The translations under genes were made by a program, and so were the position numbers. DNA of 45,223 nucleotides from Gammaproteobacteria bacterium (lineage in GTDB: Bacteria; Pseudomonadota; Gammaproteobacteria; UBA9214). Shown one piece after another: positions 8,647 to 17,795 of this stretch (position 1 is its first letter; each line of letters starts with the position of its first letter). The notes beneath the pieces are model-generated. The model did not search any database. It had not been told where the DNA came from and saw nothing but the letters and a program-made list of their open reading frames with translations. The stretch lies in assembly GCA_041552135.1 (NCBI GenBank), contig JBFELL010000003.1, positions 1-45,223 on the forward strand. The letters run 5' to 3'.

Positions 8647-10307
8647 ACTTCCGCCAGGTACTTCCAGTTGACGAAGTAGTACAGCACGAAGGCCGTGAAG
8701 AACACCGCAACCAGCACCACGGTTCCCGGTATCCTGATGCTCTCCGCACTGCCATATTTGGTGGCCGTTGTCATGGTAAGACCTTCCAGCGGCTTGTCCC
8801 CGGTGCGCTTGCCGAACAGCACAGAGCCCACAATGATCAGGATAAACAGCAGCCCCCCGAGTGCCGCCAGCACGGCGCTCATGCCGTTCAGGCCCATCAT
8901 CAGGTACGCTGCACCGGAATAGTCATATTTGAGTGCCGCATCGGCACCGGTGATGTCCCACACCCTGCGCGGCACACCCAGGGTGCCCGCCCCCATCATG
9001 AAGACCGAAATGCCCATCACACCGAGACCGAACAGATAGGGTTGCCACCTGGCGAACCCTTTCATCACCAGCTCGCGCCGAAAGATCAGCGGCACCAGCA
9101 GGTAGGTGCCCGCCATGAAGGCCAGGGTCGTACCGGCCACCACCGTTGCGTGGAAATGGCCGGGTACATACAGGGTGTTGTGCATGATCAGGTTGATCTG
9201 TTCGGTACCCATGACCACACCGGAGATACCGCCCAGGAAACCGAACATGACCAGCGACATGAACATGCCGGAGAAGGCCGGATTGCCCCACGGCGCCTTG
9301 CGCAGCCACTCGAACAGCCCGTTGGTGTAGCCGCGGGCACGCTGCGCCGCCTCGATCGAGCCGGGTACGGTCATGCCGTGGAGCATGCTGCCCAGCACGG
9401 CCAGGTACAGGGCGTAGCTGGTATTGAAGACCTTCCACTCGGAACTGATACCCGGTTCGACCAGCAGGTGATGCGCACTGGCAAGCTGCAGAAACAGGAT
9501 GTACATCAGGAACGCCATGCGGCTGACCTTCTCGGACAGCGGTTTGGCACCGAGCACCACCGCGGCGATCAGGTACCAGATCGCGACGTGCGCCGAGACA
9601 TTGATCTGCTGGGAAGAATGGCCCATGGCCCACCAGACGGTCTTGTACATCAGGGTATCGATATTGCCGATATAGCCCAGCGACCACAAAAAGGTCGGGA
9701 TCAGGATGATGGCGCCCGAGGCAATGGTGAATACCGCGATGATTGCGGCCGTGACGGCGCCGAAGGTTACCAGCGGGATGGAACCCTCATAGGTCTTCTC
9801 CTCCTTGGCAACCACCAGGGTGCCGAAAAACACAAAACAGCCGATCAGTGCGCCAACGGCAAACAGGATCAGGCCCAGGTAGAAGTGCGGCGCGGCCTGC
9901 ATCGGCACGTAGGAGGTAAACATGACACTGGAATTACCCTGCAGCACGGCGACGTTGACGATGATGGCACCGACCAGCATCAGGGCAAACCCGGTCCAGG
10001 CCCAGCGGGGTGCGGCAAGACGCGAATTCAGCAAAATGGCCGAGGCGAAATACAGCACCGCGATTTCGAAAAAGATGATCCATACCAGCAGTACGTCCAG
10101 TCCGTGCCCGGTCAGCACCAGGTAGAACCACTCGGCCGGCAGCAGGTGTACCCCGGGCCAGCGCGTGAGGGCCACCAATAGGCCGAAAAAGCCGCCGACA
10201 GCGAGGAAAATGATCGCCGTCACGGCGTTGGCCTTGATCAGGTTCTCGGCGGAACTGTGAATGCGCAGCCCGGTGGCCGGGCAGACACGATGTTGGAAAG
10301 TTGACAT
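8631..10307 (-). CDS. Heme-copper superfamily subunit I, B-family-derived, eNOR-type nitric oxide reductase
   Basis: LTGHG, WWAMGHSSQQINV (Gln at the H+4 position where O2 reductases have Tyr), ASAHHLL, GTEQINLIMHNTLYVPGHFH and GVPRR. Confidence 0.85.
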   Translation of the reverse strand: MSTFQHRVCPATGLRIHSSAENLIKANAVTAIIFLAVGGFFGLLVALTRWPGVHLLPAEWFYLVLTGHGLDVLLVWIIFFEIAVLYFASAILLNSRLAAPRWAWTGFALMLVGAIIVNVAVLQGNSSVMFTSYVPMQAAPHFYLGLILFAVGALIGCFVFFGTLVVAKEEKTYEGSIPLVTFGAVTAAIIAVFTIASGAIILIPTFLWSLGYIGNIDTLMYKTVWWAMGHSSQQINVSAHVAIWYLIAAVVLGAKPLSEKVSRMAFLMYILFLQLASAHHLLVEPGISSEWKVFNTSYALYLAVLGSMLHGMTVPGSIEAAQRARGYTNGLFEWLRKAPWGNPAFSGMFMSLVMFGFLGGISGVVMGTEQINLIMHNTLYVPGHFHATVVAGTTLAFMAGTYLLVPLIFRRELVMKGFARWQPYLFGLGVMGISVFMMGAGTLGVPRRVWDITGADAALKYDYSGAAYLMMGLNGMSAVLAALGGLLFILIIVGSVLFGKRTGDKPLEGLTMTTATKYGSAESIRIPGTVVLVAVFFTAFVLYYFVNWKYLAEVWPLR

Positions 10308-10325
10308 CTGTATATCTCCCCCTGG

Positions 10326-10859
10326 TTATTCGGTCACGTAGATCTTGCCGATCATGTTGTGATGACCGATGCCGCAGAATTCATTGCAAACCACCCCGAA
10401 CTCGCCCGCTTCATTCGGTGTCAGCGTCACGACCATGTCGTAGTTGGGATGAACCTGCAGGTTGATATTGACCGGCTGCAGGGAAAACCCGTGCTGCCAG
10501 TCCATGGAGGACAGATGCAGGCGGTAGGTCTGGTCTTTCTCGAACTCGATGATCGGCCACCACTGCCACAGCCTTGCGATCATGTAAACATCACTGCCGG
10601 GTGGCGGATGCACTACCGGGAATCCCGCCTCCTCGCGCACCTGGTATTTCTCCACCATGGCATTCGCCTTTTCGGCAAACAGCTCCGGTGTGATGCGATA
10701 GGATTCATTGGACAGGTTCTGTTCACCGTACATGTGCCAGTAGATCATTGCCGAAAACATCAACAGCCCCCACAGGAAGGCAATGACGATCCAGACAATC
10801 TCGGTACGCGCTATCGGCTCTTTCCACCAGATGCGCTGGGGTGGAGGAGTAATTGCCAT
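10326..10859 (-). CDS. Heme-copper enzyme subunit II with CuA centre
   Basis: One TM helix; DWQHGFS and CNEFCGIGHHNM CuA ligands; ba3-type size. Confidence 0.92.
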   Translation of the reverse strand: MAITPPPQRIWWKEPIARTEIVWIVIAFLWGLLMFSAMIYWHMYGEQNLSNESYRITPELFAEKANAMVEKYQVREEAGFPVVHPPPGSDVYMIARLWQWWPIIEFEKDQTYRLHLSSMDWQHGFSLQPVNINLQVHPNYDMVVTLTPNEAGEFGVVCNEFCGIGHHNMIGKIYVTE

Positions 10860-10877
10860 GGTATGCCCCCTTTTTGG

Positions 10878-11063
10878 TTACTTGGCTATCGGGATCGTTA
10901 TGATTTCCATGATCCCCCAGATCAGATAAAAGACCGTGGGCATAACCACGCCCAGGAACAGCAGGAGGAATGGGTTATCCAGGAGTTTCTGCATGGTCGG
11001 GATGGGCTCATCCTCGCCACCCCCGGTATCAGGTTTGTTGCTATCCGGATTCGATTCGCTCAT
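10878..11063 (-). CDS. Small single-TM subunit (subunit IIa-like), 61 aa
   Basis: MSESNP...MQKLLDNPFLLLFLGVVMPTVFYLIWGIMEII; GAGGGGG RBS; first gene of the operon. Confidence 0.75.
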   Translation of the reverse strand: MSESNPDSNKPDTGGGEDEPIPTMQKLLDNPFLLLFLGVVMPTVFYLIWGIMEIITIPIAK

Positions 11064-11244
11064 CCTTACCCCCTCGGTAGATGTTTGCTTCAGATCAGCC
11101 GGTGCTCGCAGGTACTGCAGCCTTGCACATCCACACGGCATCGCGGTTTCAAGTGGTAGTGTTGTCAAATCACGGCAGTCACCGCGATCAGCAACACGTA
11201 TCAAGCATTAACCCGTATAGAACTATTTATTGCAATTATCTGCC

Positions 11245-11258
11245 TTGACTTATATCAA
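11245..11258 (-). promoter_or_regulatory. FNR/DNR/NnrR-type binding box upstream of the eNOR operon
   Basis: Minus strand TTGATATAAGTCAA matches 9 of 10 positions of TTGAT-N4-ATCAA; extended palindrome CCTTGA..TCAAGG at 11243-11260; -10-like TATACG on minus at about 11214-11219. Confidence 0.85.
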
Positions 11259-11335
11259 GGTGCTGCAGCCACTTTATACACCCCTTCAAGCATCAAAGAA
11301 ACAATACACCAGCTGGAATGAGTCTAATGTAAGAG

Positions 11336-11518
11336 CTACTGACTGGAGAGATGGCGAATCAACGCAAAGGATGACAGGGCCATGACGAGCAGAATTGCGA
11401 AGAAAATGATACTGCGGTATTCAAAGCGCCTGCCGACAATGACTTCGATGCGGTTCAGTATCCAGTCAGCGCCCAGATAGAGCAAAACCGCCGCAAGGGT
11501 GAAATAGAGCATCTCCAT
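11336..11518 (-). CDS. Small two-TM hypothetical membrane protein (60 aa)
   Basis: Two hydrophobic segments flanking DWILNRIE..GRRFEYRS; lies between the regulator and the eNOR promoter. Confidence 0.7.
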   Translation of the reverse strand: MEMLYFTLAAVLLYLGADWILNRIEVIVGRRFEYRSIIFFAILLVMALSSFALIRHLSSQ

Positions 11519-11673
11519 TTGCTGCCGAGCTTACCCCAATCCCCGGGCCAGGTCATCGCAGGAGTGGTTTGTGAAGCCGTTTACCGGAATGGGTAACACC
11601 GACGCCGGTGACATAATCGCTGTAATCCATCGATGCCGGTAGCGCATTGCAGGCAGGGTTCCATGCAACCTGG

Positions 11674-12393
11674 CTAGAAACCTGCGCGCGTTATGTAAGT
11701 TCGCAAGCGCTCGATGTCATGAATCCTGATGGTGTTATCAGCGATATCAATGTAGCCATCCCTGCTCAGCTTGGCGAGCGTGCGTGACAGGGTCTCCGGT
11801 GTAACGGACAAACGCGATGCAATCACGTGCTTGGGGGCATCCAGTTGAACCTCTGAAGCATGCCGGTGAGTACTGGGCAGGTGATCCAGCAGGTAGGTCA
11901 CGACGCGGAAGGCCGCATTGTGCAGCGTCAGGCGGTCGAGTTCGGCAATCTGCCAGTGCAGTCGGCGGCTCATCTGGGCCATCACGGCGAAACAGGCGCC
12001 GGTCGATTGCCGCAATATGGCTTCATAGGTCGCGGCATCGATCCCCCACACCTGGCTTCCGAGCAGTGCCGTGGCCGTGACCGGGTAGCGCCGCCTGCCG
12101 GAGAACATGATGGCCTCCGCAAACGAGCCGCCGGGCGCAATGAGATCAATGACCTTCTCATGCCCATCGGGCGATATCAGCGCCAGCTTGATCTGCCCGC
12201 TACGCAACAGGAAGATTTCCTTCGCCGGCTGCTGCTGCTCGAACAGCGTATCGTTCTCTGCCAGCAGCACCGAACGGGTGCGGGAAAGTATTTTTTCAAA
12301 TTGCCCGTCGTCAAGATCGGAAAACAGCAGACATTGGCGCAAACACTGCCGCGCATCCGTACCCTGCTTATCGCTCAGTTTTTCAGGTCTCAT
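11674..12393 (-). CDS. dnr: Crp/Fnr family regulator, DNR/NnrR-like
   Basis: GHEKVIDLIAPGGSFAEAIMF, YPVTATAL and HTH KHVIASRLSVTPETLSRTL; denitrification context. Confidence 0.8.
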   Translation of the reverse strand: MRPEKLSDKQGTDARQCLRQCLLFSDLDDGQFEKILSRTRSVLLAENDTLFEQQQPAKEIFLLRSGQIKLALISPDGHEKVIDLIAPGGSFAEAIMFSGRRRYPVTATALLGSQVWGIDAATYEAILRQSTGACFAVMAQMSRRLHWQIAELDRLTLHNAAFRVVTYLLDHLPSTHRHASEVQLDAPKHVIASRLSVTPETLSRTLAKLSRDGYIDIADNTIRIHDIERLRTYITRAGF

Positions 12394-12650
12394 TGAAGGT
12401 CGGTAATATTGTTGTTAACGCTCCCCGGCCGGCACAGGGCACCAGGTTAGACAGGCAAATGCCGTGCAAGGCCCGGCACGAAGTCTCGACAGGATCACGG
12501 ACCGGATTCCGGCGCCTCCCGCACCGTAGTATAGCCCAATACACCTGCATATATACTCCTGTATGTATCTGTTATAAGTGAGGAAAACGACCCTGCAAGC
12601 GGGCGTCGACCGGCGATCCTTGCCGATATGCCGGCTCGACAACGACAGAA

Positions 12651-12673
12651 TCTTGACTACACTGTATTCAAGA
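12651..12673. promoter_or_regulatory. 23-bp near-perfect inverted repeat, candidate operator
   Basis: TCTTGACTACA-C-TGTATTCAAGA (10 of 11 arm positions pair) in the divergent dnr/hypothetical intergenic region. Confidence 0.45.
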
Positions 12674-12705
12674 ACAAGACGTGAACCAACACGAATTTCA
12701 TAATA

Positions 12706-13419
12706 ATGACGGTATCAAGATCAGCTCCGGGTACGCCGTTGCACACAGGCAGACACCGGGCTGCCCGACAACCCTCACTGGACATCAATCGCGGGCATGT
12801 TCTGGGACTGGTGCTGACGCTGGTGCTGTCCCTGCTGCTGCTCAACATGCTTTCGCTTCCACCGGCAGATAAGCCCCCCCTCGAGCAGCCGGCCAGGACC
12901 GCGACGGCGGGCTTCCGGGGCCTCCCCGTGACCGATGACCTGTCGCTGCAGGATACGGCGAGGAACCACGAGTATTACCGGATCATGACATCTGTCTGCC
13001 ACAGCCGTGGCCGTGACAGGGCCTCCGCCGCCTATGCCTACCTGTTTCATGCCAGCAGCCGCTATTCGCAAAATGGCCGGTGGCCAGGCCGCATGTTTGA
13101 TTCGGCGGTCGATTCGGTGGAGAGCTATTTTGACATCGACCCGGTTGCCGACTGCGATCCTGATACCGGCAATTTTCACGGACTCGACCTCGACGCGGAC
13201 CTGCGCCTGCACACGAACGCACTGAACTATGTGTTCTACAGCAGGAAGGTCGAGACCTGCAGGCAGGCCGGTAATGTGATACAGGCCAGATCATACGGCT
13301 TCCTGGCCGACACGGAACTCGACAAGGCAGACAACGGCAGGCGCACGCAGGCGGCGATCAATACCGCCATCCGCGATGCCAGGGCTGCAATGGAATTGCA
13401 GCCTGTTCGCGGTTGCTAA
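12706..13419 (+). CDS. Membrane-anchored hypothetical protein with two tandem 81-aa Cys-pair repeats
   Basis: TM helix at about aa 32-50; gapless internal repeat aa 70-150 vs 157-237. Confidence 0.7.
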   Translation: MTVSRSAPGTPLHTGRHRAARQPSLDINRGHVLGLVLTLVLSLLLLNMLSLPPADKPPLEQPARTATAGFRGLPVTDDLSLQDTARNHEYYRIMTSVCHSRGRDRASAAYAYLFHASSRYSQNGRWPGRMFDSAVDSVESYFDIDPVADCDPDTGNFHGLDLDADLRLHTNALNYVFYSRKVETCRQAGNVIQARSYGFLADTELDKADNGRRTQAAINTAIRDARAAMELQPVRGC

Positions 13420-13506
13420 TCGATAACCGCATTCGGCAGTAACGTTATCCAGTCATTGCAAGGCTCTGGGTGACACGAAGCGGTGGCGCTTCCCGCAAGC
13501 TCCCAG

Positions 13507-14289
13507 TCAGGTAGTCCGAGCCATCCCGAACAGGGTGTTGAAATTTGCCGTGGTCGCCGCAGCAACAGCCTCGTAGGATTCACCGCGCAGTTCGGCAATG
13601 AATTCCGCCGTATGGCGCGTCCAGGCCGGCTGGTTGGGCTTGCCGCGATGCGGCACCGGTGCCAGGTAAGGGCAATCGGTTTCGACCAGCATCCGCTCTG
13701 CCGGCACCCGCCGCGCCACATCCTGCAGTTCTGTCGCGCTTTTGAAGGTCACTATACCGGAGAAGGAAATATAGAAACCCATCGCCATGGCGCGCTGCGC
13801 CATGTCCCAGTTCTCGGCAAAGCAGTGCATCACCCCGCCGGCCCCGGCCGCATTCTCCTCGACCATGATTTTCAGGGTATCTTCACGCGCCTCGCGGGTA
13901 TGAATGATGAGCGGCTTGCCACAGTGTCTGGCGGCCGCAATATGGTTGCGGAATCGCTCGCGCTGCCAGTCAAGGTCACCCTCGCTGCGAAAGTAGTCCA
14001 GCCCGGTCTCGCCGATGGCGACCACCTTCGGATGCGCCGCAAGCTCCACCAGCTCCTCAATTGATGGTTCATGGCCGTCCCGCGCATTGGGATGCACACC
14101 GACCGAGACCGTGACGTCATCGCAGTCCTCGACCAGCGCCAGCATGGCGGGGTAATCCTCGAGATTCACGGACACGCACAGCATGTGCCCGACATCGGCC
14201 GCATGGGCCGCCGCACGCACGCCATCAAGCCCGCCCTCGAAGGTGTCGAGGTCGAGCATGTCGAGGTGGCAATGGGAATCAACCAGCAT
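13507..14289 (-). CDS. tatD: TatD family nuclease (YcfH-like)
   Basis: MLVDSHCHLD, VGVHP, AIGETGLDY, IIHTREA, GVMHCF and ETDCPYLAP motifs. Confidence 0.93.
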   Translation of the reverse strand: MLVDSHCHLDMLDLDTFEGGLDGVRAAAHAADVGHMLCVSVNLEDYPAMLALVEDCDDVTVSVGVHPNARDGHEPSIEELVELAAHPKVVAIGETGLDYFRSEGDLDWQRERFRNHIAAARHCGKPLIIHTREAREDTLKIMVEENAAGAGGVMHCFAENWDMAQRAMAMGFYISFSGIVTFKSATELQDVARRVPAERMLVETDCPYLAPVPHRGKPNQPAWTRHTAEFIAELRGESYEAVAAATTANFNTLFGMARTT

Positions 14290-14316
14290 AAAAAAGCCCC
14301 TGTCGTTGCAGGGGCT
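14290..14316 (-). terminator. Rho-independent terminator-like hairpin after pilZ, abutting the tatD start codon
   Basis: Minus strand AGCCCCTG-CAACGA-CAGGGGCT followed by TTTTT and then ATG. Confidence 0.6.
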
Positions 14317-14354
14317 GGATAATAACCGGTTTGCCTGTCAGGGCAAACTGCGGG

Positions 14355-14708
14355 TCACATGGTGTGGGTCGGGCGATCGGCATCCAGTGCGCCCGCCAGG
14401 TAGCCCTCGATCTTGTTGCGCGCCGCACCGTCATCCTGGTCACTGAACTGCACGCCGATACCGGCGGCACGGTTACCCTGCGCACCCACCGGGGTAATCC
14501 AGATGATCTTGCCGGCCACCGGAATCTTCTCGGACTCGTCCATGAGCGTCAGCAGCATGAACACCTCATCGCCCAGCATGTAGCTTTTCTTGGTGGGGAT
14601 AAACAGTCCGCCGCCCCTGACGAACGGCATGTAGGCTGCGTACAAGGCGCTCTTGTCCTTGATCGTCAGCGAAAGAATACCCTGTCTCGGTGCAGTCCCC
14701 TGGTTCAT
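14355..14708 (-). CDS. pilZ: Type IV pilus assembly protein PilZ
   Basis: GILSLTIKDKSALYAAYMPFVRGGGLFIPT...RPTHTM; canonical holB-pilZ-tatD position. Confidence 0.95.
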   Translation of the reverse strand: MNQGTAPRQGILSLTIKDKSALYAAYMPFVRGGGLFIPTKKSYMLGDEVFMLLTLMDESEKIPVAGKIIWITPVGAQGNRAAGIGVQFSDQDDGAARNKIEGYLAGALDADRPTHTM

Positions 14709-14750
14709 GTCTCTCTACCCCTGATGTTGATCAGTCGCGTTTCGCCGTAA

Positions 14751-15719
14751 TCAGCTGTCCGCCCATGCCAGCAGGACATCTTCCGTCATCAACTGACGAT
14801 TCAGGCTGGTGTTTTCCTGTCTCAACAGCCGGTTCAGCCGATCCAGTTGCTCGAACATTACCCTGCTGTCCAGTCGCTGTGCAAGTGGCGCCAGCCGCTC
14901 GGCCAGATCGATGCTGTGGATCATGCCCATGTCACCGGTCAGGCGAATCCTCAGCAGGTCCATCAGCCAGCCGCGCAGCCAGTGCAACCCCTTCAGGTCC
15001 TCGTCCTTTGCCCAGGCCTGGGCCACACTGATTGCATCTGTCCTGCCCTCGCGCAGCTCGAGGAGTGCCTCGAACCGCGCCTGCCGCTCTTCCAGGGCAT
15101 TCTCCCGGGCCAGTTCCAGTGCCCTCAGCGGTGCCCCGTGTGCCAGCCGGAGAAACACCTCCGACTGCGGTCCGTCGTACTGCGCCTGCAGCCACTTCAG
15201 CGCTTCCGGCTCCGGCGGAGCCTCTATCCTCACCCTGTTGCAGCGACTGCGAATCGTGGCCGGCAGACGGCCCGGCTGGGCCGAAACCAGTATCAGTACC
15301 GTCTTATCGGCCGGCTCCTCGAGGGTCTTTAACAGGCTGTTGGCGGCGTTGATATTGAGTGCCTCGGCCGGCTCCAGCACCGCAACCTTGTAGCCCGCTC
15401 CGTGGTGACTGAGCGCCAGCCCCTCCCCGAGCCGCCTGACCTGGTCGATCTTGATGACGCTGCTGTCCTCTTCCGGCGTTACCCGGAAAAGGTCGGGATG
15501 GGTGCCGGCGGCAAACAGCTGACAGGCACTGCAGCGGCCACAGGGAACGGTTCCAGCCGAGTCCTCACAGACCAGCAAGGCAGCGAGCCGGTCTGCAAAG
15601 GCGGACTTGCCGACACCCGGCAGGCCGGTCACCAGCAAGGCATGGGGCATGCGCGACTGCTGACGCAACTGCGCGTAGTGTTCAAACTGGCTGTGCAGCC
15701 AATGAGGTATTTCGGGCAT
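14751..15719 (-). CDS. holB: DNA polymerase III subunit delta'
   Basis: PHALLVTGLPGVGK, Zn-finger CGRCSAC, HPD, AANSLLKTLEEP and LPATIRSRC. Confidence 0.95.
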   Translation of the reverse strand: MPEIPHWLHSQFEHYAQLRQQSRMPHALLVTGLPGVGKSAFADRLAALLVCEDSAGTVPCGRCSACQLFAAGTHPDLFRVTPEEDSSVIKIDQVRRLGEGLALSHHGAGYKVAVLEPAEALNINAANSLLKTLEEPADKTVLILVSAQPGRLPATIRSRCNRVRIEAPPEPEALKWLQAQYDGPQSEVFLRLAHGAPLRALELARENALEERQARFEALLELREGRTDAISVAQAWAKDEDLKGLHWLRGWLMDLLRIRLTGDMGMIHSIDLAERLAPLAQRLDSRVMFEQLDRLNRLLRQENTSLNRQLMTEDVLLAWADS

Positions 15720-15947
15720 CGGCACGTTCAGGCCCCGGCATGACGGCAGATCATGCCGGCATTTTGCCTCAATGCCAGCCCACCTGCCACTGCGGTCATG
15801 GCAAAGGCGTATTGCCAAACACGGCGGTCATCGGCAAATGCATGGCGATATCCCGCTACATGGATGGCTGCCTGCAGACCGGCTGCTGGAAACAAGCCGG
15901 GGCCGGAGCCCTGGCGGAAGCCTGAACTCCGCTAAAACTCTCCTCGC

Positions 15948-17708
15948 TCAGTCTGGGTTGACCGTCTGGAAGAAGCTCATCATGCCGCGCGCCGAGTGTT
16001 CCAGTATGTGACAGTGGAACAGCCAGCCACCCGATACGCCCTCTTCCGGCACCTTGCCGGCTGCAGCCACCTGTCCTTCCCGTCCGGTATCGTCGAAGCT
16101 TGCCGCCAGCCGGATAATGGTGCGGCTTCTGCCGCGCGCCCCCGGTCGTGCCGGCAGCTGGATGGTGTCCTTGATCTCCCGGTACGGCGCGGCCTCGGTG
16201 TAGTTGTTCTCCGGGTTGTCCATGTCCATGTACTGCGTCTCGATCAGCTGGAAGCTGAAGCCGTGGGTATGGAAATTGTGCATACCGCCGGTCATGTTGT
16301 GCACTTCCCAGATGCCGTTCTCACCGACAGTGACGGTATAGGCATCCTCCGGGGTCACCTTGTCGAATGGCAGGGGCATCATGCCACCGCTGCCGTCCGG
16401 CTTCATCTGCACGAAGAAGGTGACATCGCCGTTTGCATCCGGCGCACTGTGTCCGAACATGGATTTCAGGATACCGGCGCCCGTGGTATCGATGGGTTCG
16501 ATGGCACGCAGCGGATCCGGCGGGATGTAATCATCCTTGCTGTCGTTGGCAATCAGCTTGAAGCGCATCAGCACCTCGGGCGGTCGCTTGCCGTCATCGT
16601 GGGCATGTCCGATGCCGATGCTGCCGTCATCGTTATAGAAGGTGCTGTGCCTGCCGCGGGCGACATCGTGCCATTCGAGCGACAGCGATCCCTTGCCATG
16701 CGGGGTGAAGACGACATCGGCCCGCTCGCCCGGTGTCAGCAGGATTCCCTTCGATAAATCGGGGTCGGAGATCATCGGCATCTCCTCATCGGATATGTCT
16801 GTCGAAGCGGCGGCCATGCCGTTCATATGCCCGCCATCCTGCATGAGTTCGACGGGTTCGATCGCCAGCGGCGATTCGATCAGCCCGCCATCCCCGCCGA
16901 TGCGATACAGCGTGTGGCCGGGGATGGACAGCCGCATGAAACGGGCATTGGCGGCATTGACGATGCGCAGGCGGTACGGCTGCCCCCGGCGGAACTTGGC
17001 AAGGGGTTGCGTAACACCATTGACCAGCAGGACATTGCCCTCCCGCCCGTTCAGCTGGGTCGCGGCATTCTCCAGGGGATCGTCCGGAAACGGATCCGCC
17101 ACCCGGCCATCCGCATCCAGCAGGATGTCATCCAGCACGAGGATGTGTTCATTCGCCGGCAGCCCCAGATCCCGGTTTGCCCCGGGATCCTCGACCAGCA
17201 GGGCACCGTACAGGCCCTTCTCGACCTGCACGTTGGTGCGTATGTGCGGGTGATACCAGAACAGCGAGGCATGCAGGAGTTTGAACTCGTAGCGGAAATA
17301 GTCATCGCCCTCACGGCTGAGGTCGCAGTTGCCGGGTTTAACGGGCAGCTGTGCAATGTGGCTGCCGTCCATATTGGCGGGCACATCCATGCCATGCCAG
17401 TGAATCGTGGTGTCCTCGTCCAGGCAGTTATGGAAATGCACAATCAGGGTGTCGCCGACCTTGCCACGGATGGTCGGGCCGGGTATGCCACCATTGTAGG
17501 TCCATACCTTCGTGGGGATCCCGGTACCGAAGTCGACATAATCCTCACGAGCAACCAGCTCCACTTCGACAATATCCGGATCCGGATTGAGATCGACGGC
17601 GTCGGCGGGCGCGAAAGGTCTGGGTGGGGCTGCGCTACCGGACGAGGCGGTAAACAACAGGCTCAAGGCCAGGAGGAAGCCACAAAAACCGATTGGCCTT
17701 TTGGACAT
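15948..17708 (-). CDS. Secreted three-domain multicopper oxidase (laccase/CueO-like)
   Basis: IHWHG, WYHPH, HNFHTHG and HCHILEHSARGMM give all T1/T2/T3 ligands; signal peptide from ATG 17708; Met/His-rich insert. Confidence 0.92.
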   Translation of the reverse strand: MSKRPIGFCGFLLALSLLFTASSGSAAPPRPFAPADAVDLNPDPDIVEVELVAREDYVDFGTGIPTKVWTYNGGIPGPTIRGKVGDTLIVHFHNCLDEDTTIHWHGMDVPANMDGSHIAQLPVKPGNCDLSREGDDYFRYEFKLLHASLFWYHPHIRTNVQVEKGLYGALLVEDPGANRDLGLPANEHILVLDDILLDADGRVADPFPDDPLENAATQLNGREGNVLLVNGVTQPLAKFRRGQPYRLRIVNAANARFMRLSIPGHTLYRIGGDGGLIESPLAIEPVELMQDGGHMNGMAAASTDISDEEMPMISDPDLSKGILLTPGERADVVFTPHGKGSLSLEWHDVARGRHSTFYNDDGSIGIGHAHDDGKRPPEVLMRFKLIANDSKDDYIPPDPLRAIEPIDTTGAGILKSMFGHSAPDANGDVTFFVQMKPDGSGGMMPLPFDKVTPEDAYTVTVGENGIWEVHNMTGGMHNFHTHGFSFQLIETQYMDMDNPENNYTEAAPYREIKDTIQLPARPGARGRSRTIIRLAASFDDTGREGQVAAAGKVPEEGVSGGWLFHCHILEHSARGMMSFFQTVNPD

Positions 17709-17795
17709 ATCTAAATCCAGTATTTCGTTTGGTGACTCGTATGCTGAGTGAGAATGGATTGAATGGTCAAGAACTGAACATCTGTCAGGAAATAC

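Noticed and set aside
8631-10307. ba3-type O2-reducing cytochrome c oxidase
   Set aside because: The cross-linking Tyr of HPxVY is absent (HSSQQ); context is denitrification
12540-12580. LexA-like box in the AT-rich stretch upstream of dnr
   Set aside because: No CTG-N10-CAG match; more likely ordinary promoter sequence
17759-17770. TTGAATGGTCAA as an FNR box upstream of the multicopper oxidase
   Set aside because: Half-site spacing is 2 bp too short for TTGAT-N4-ATCAA
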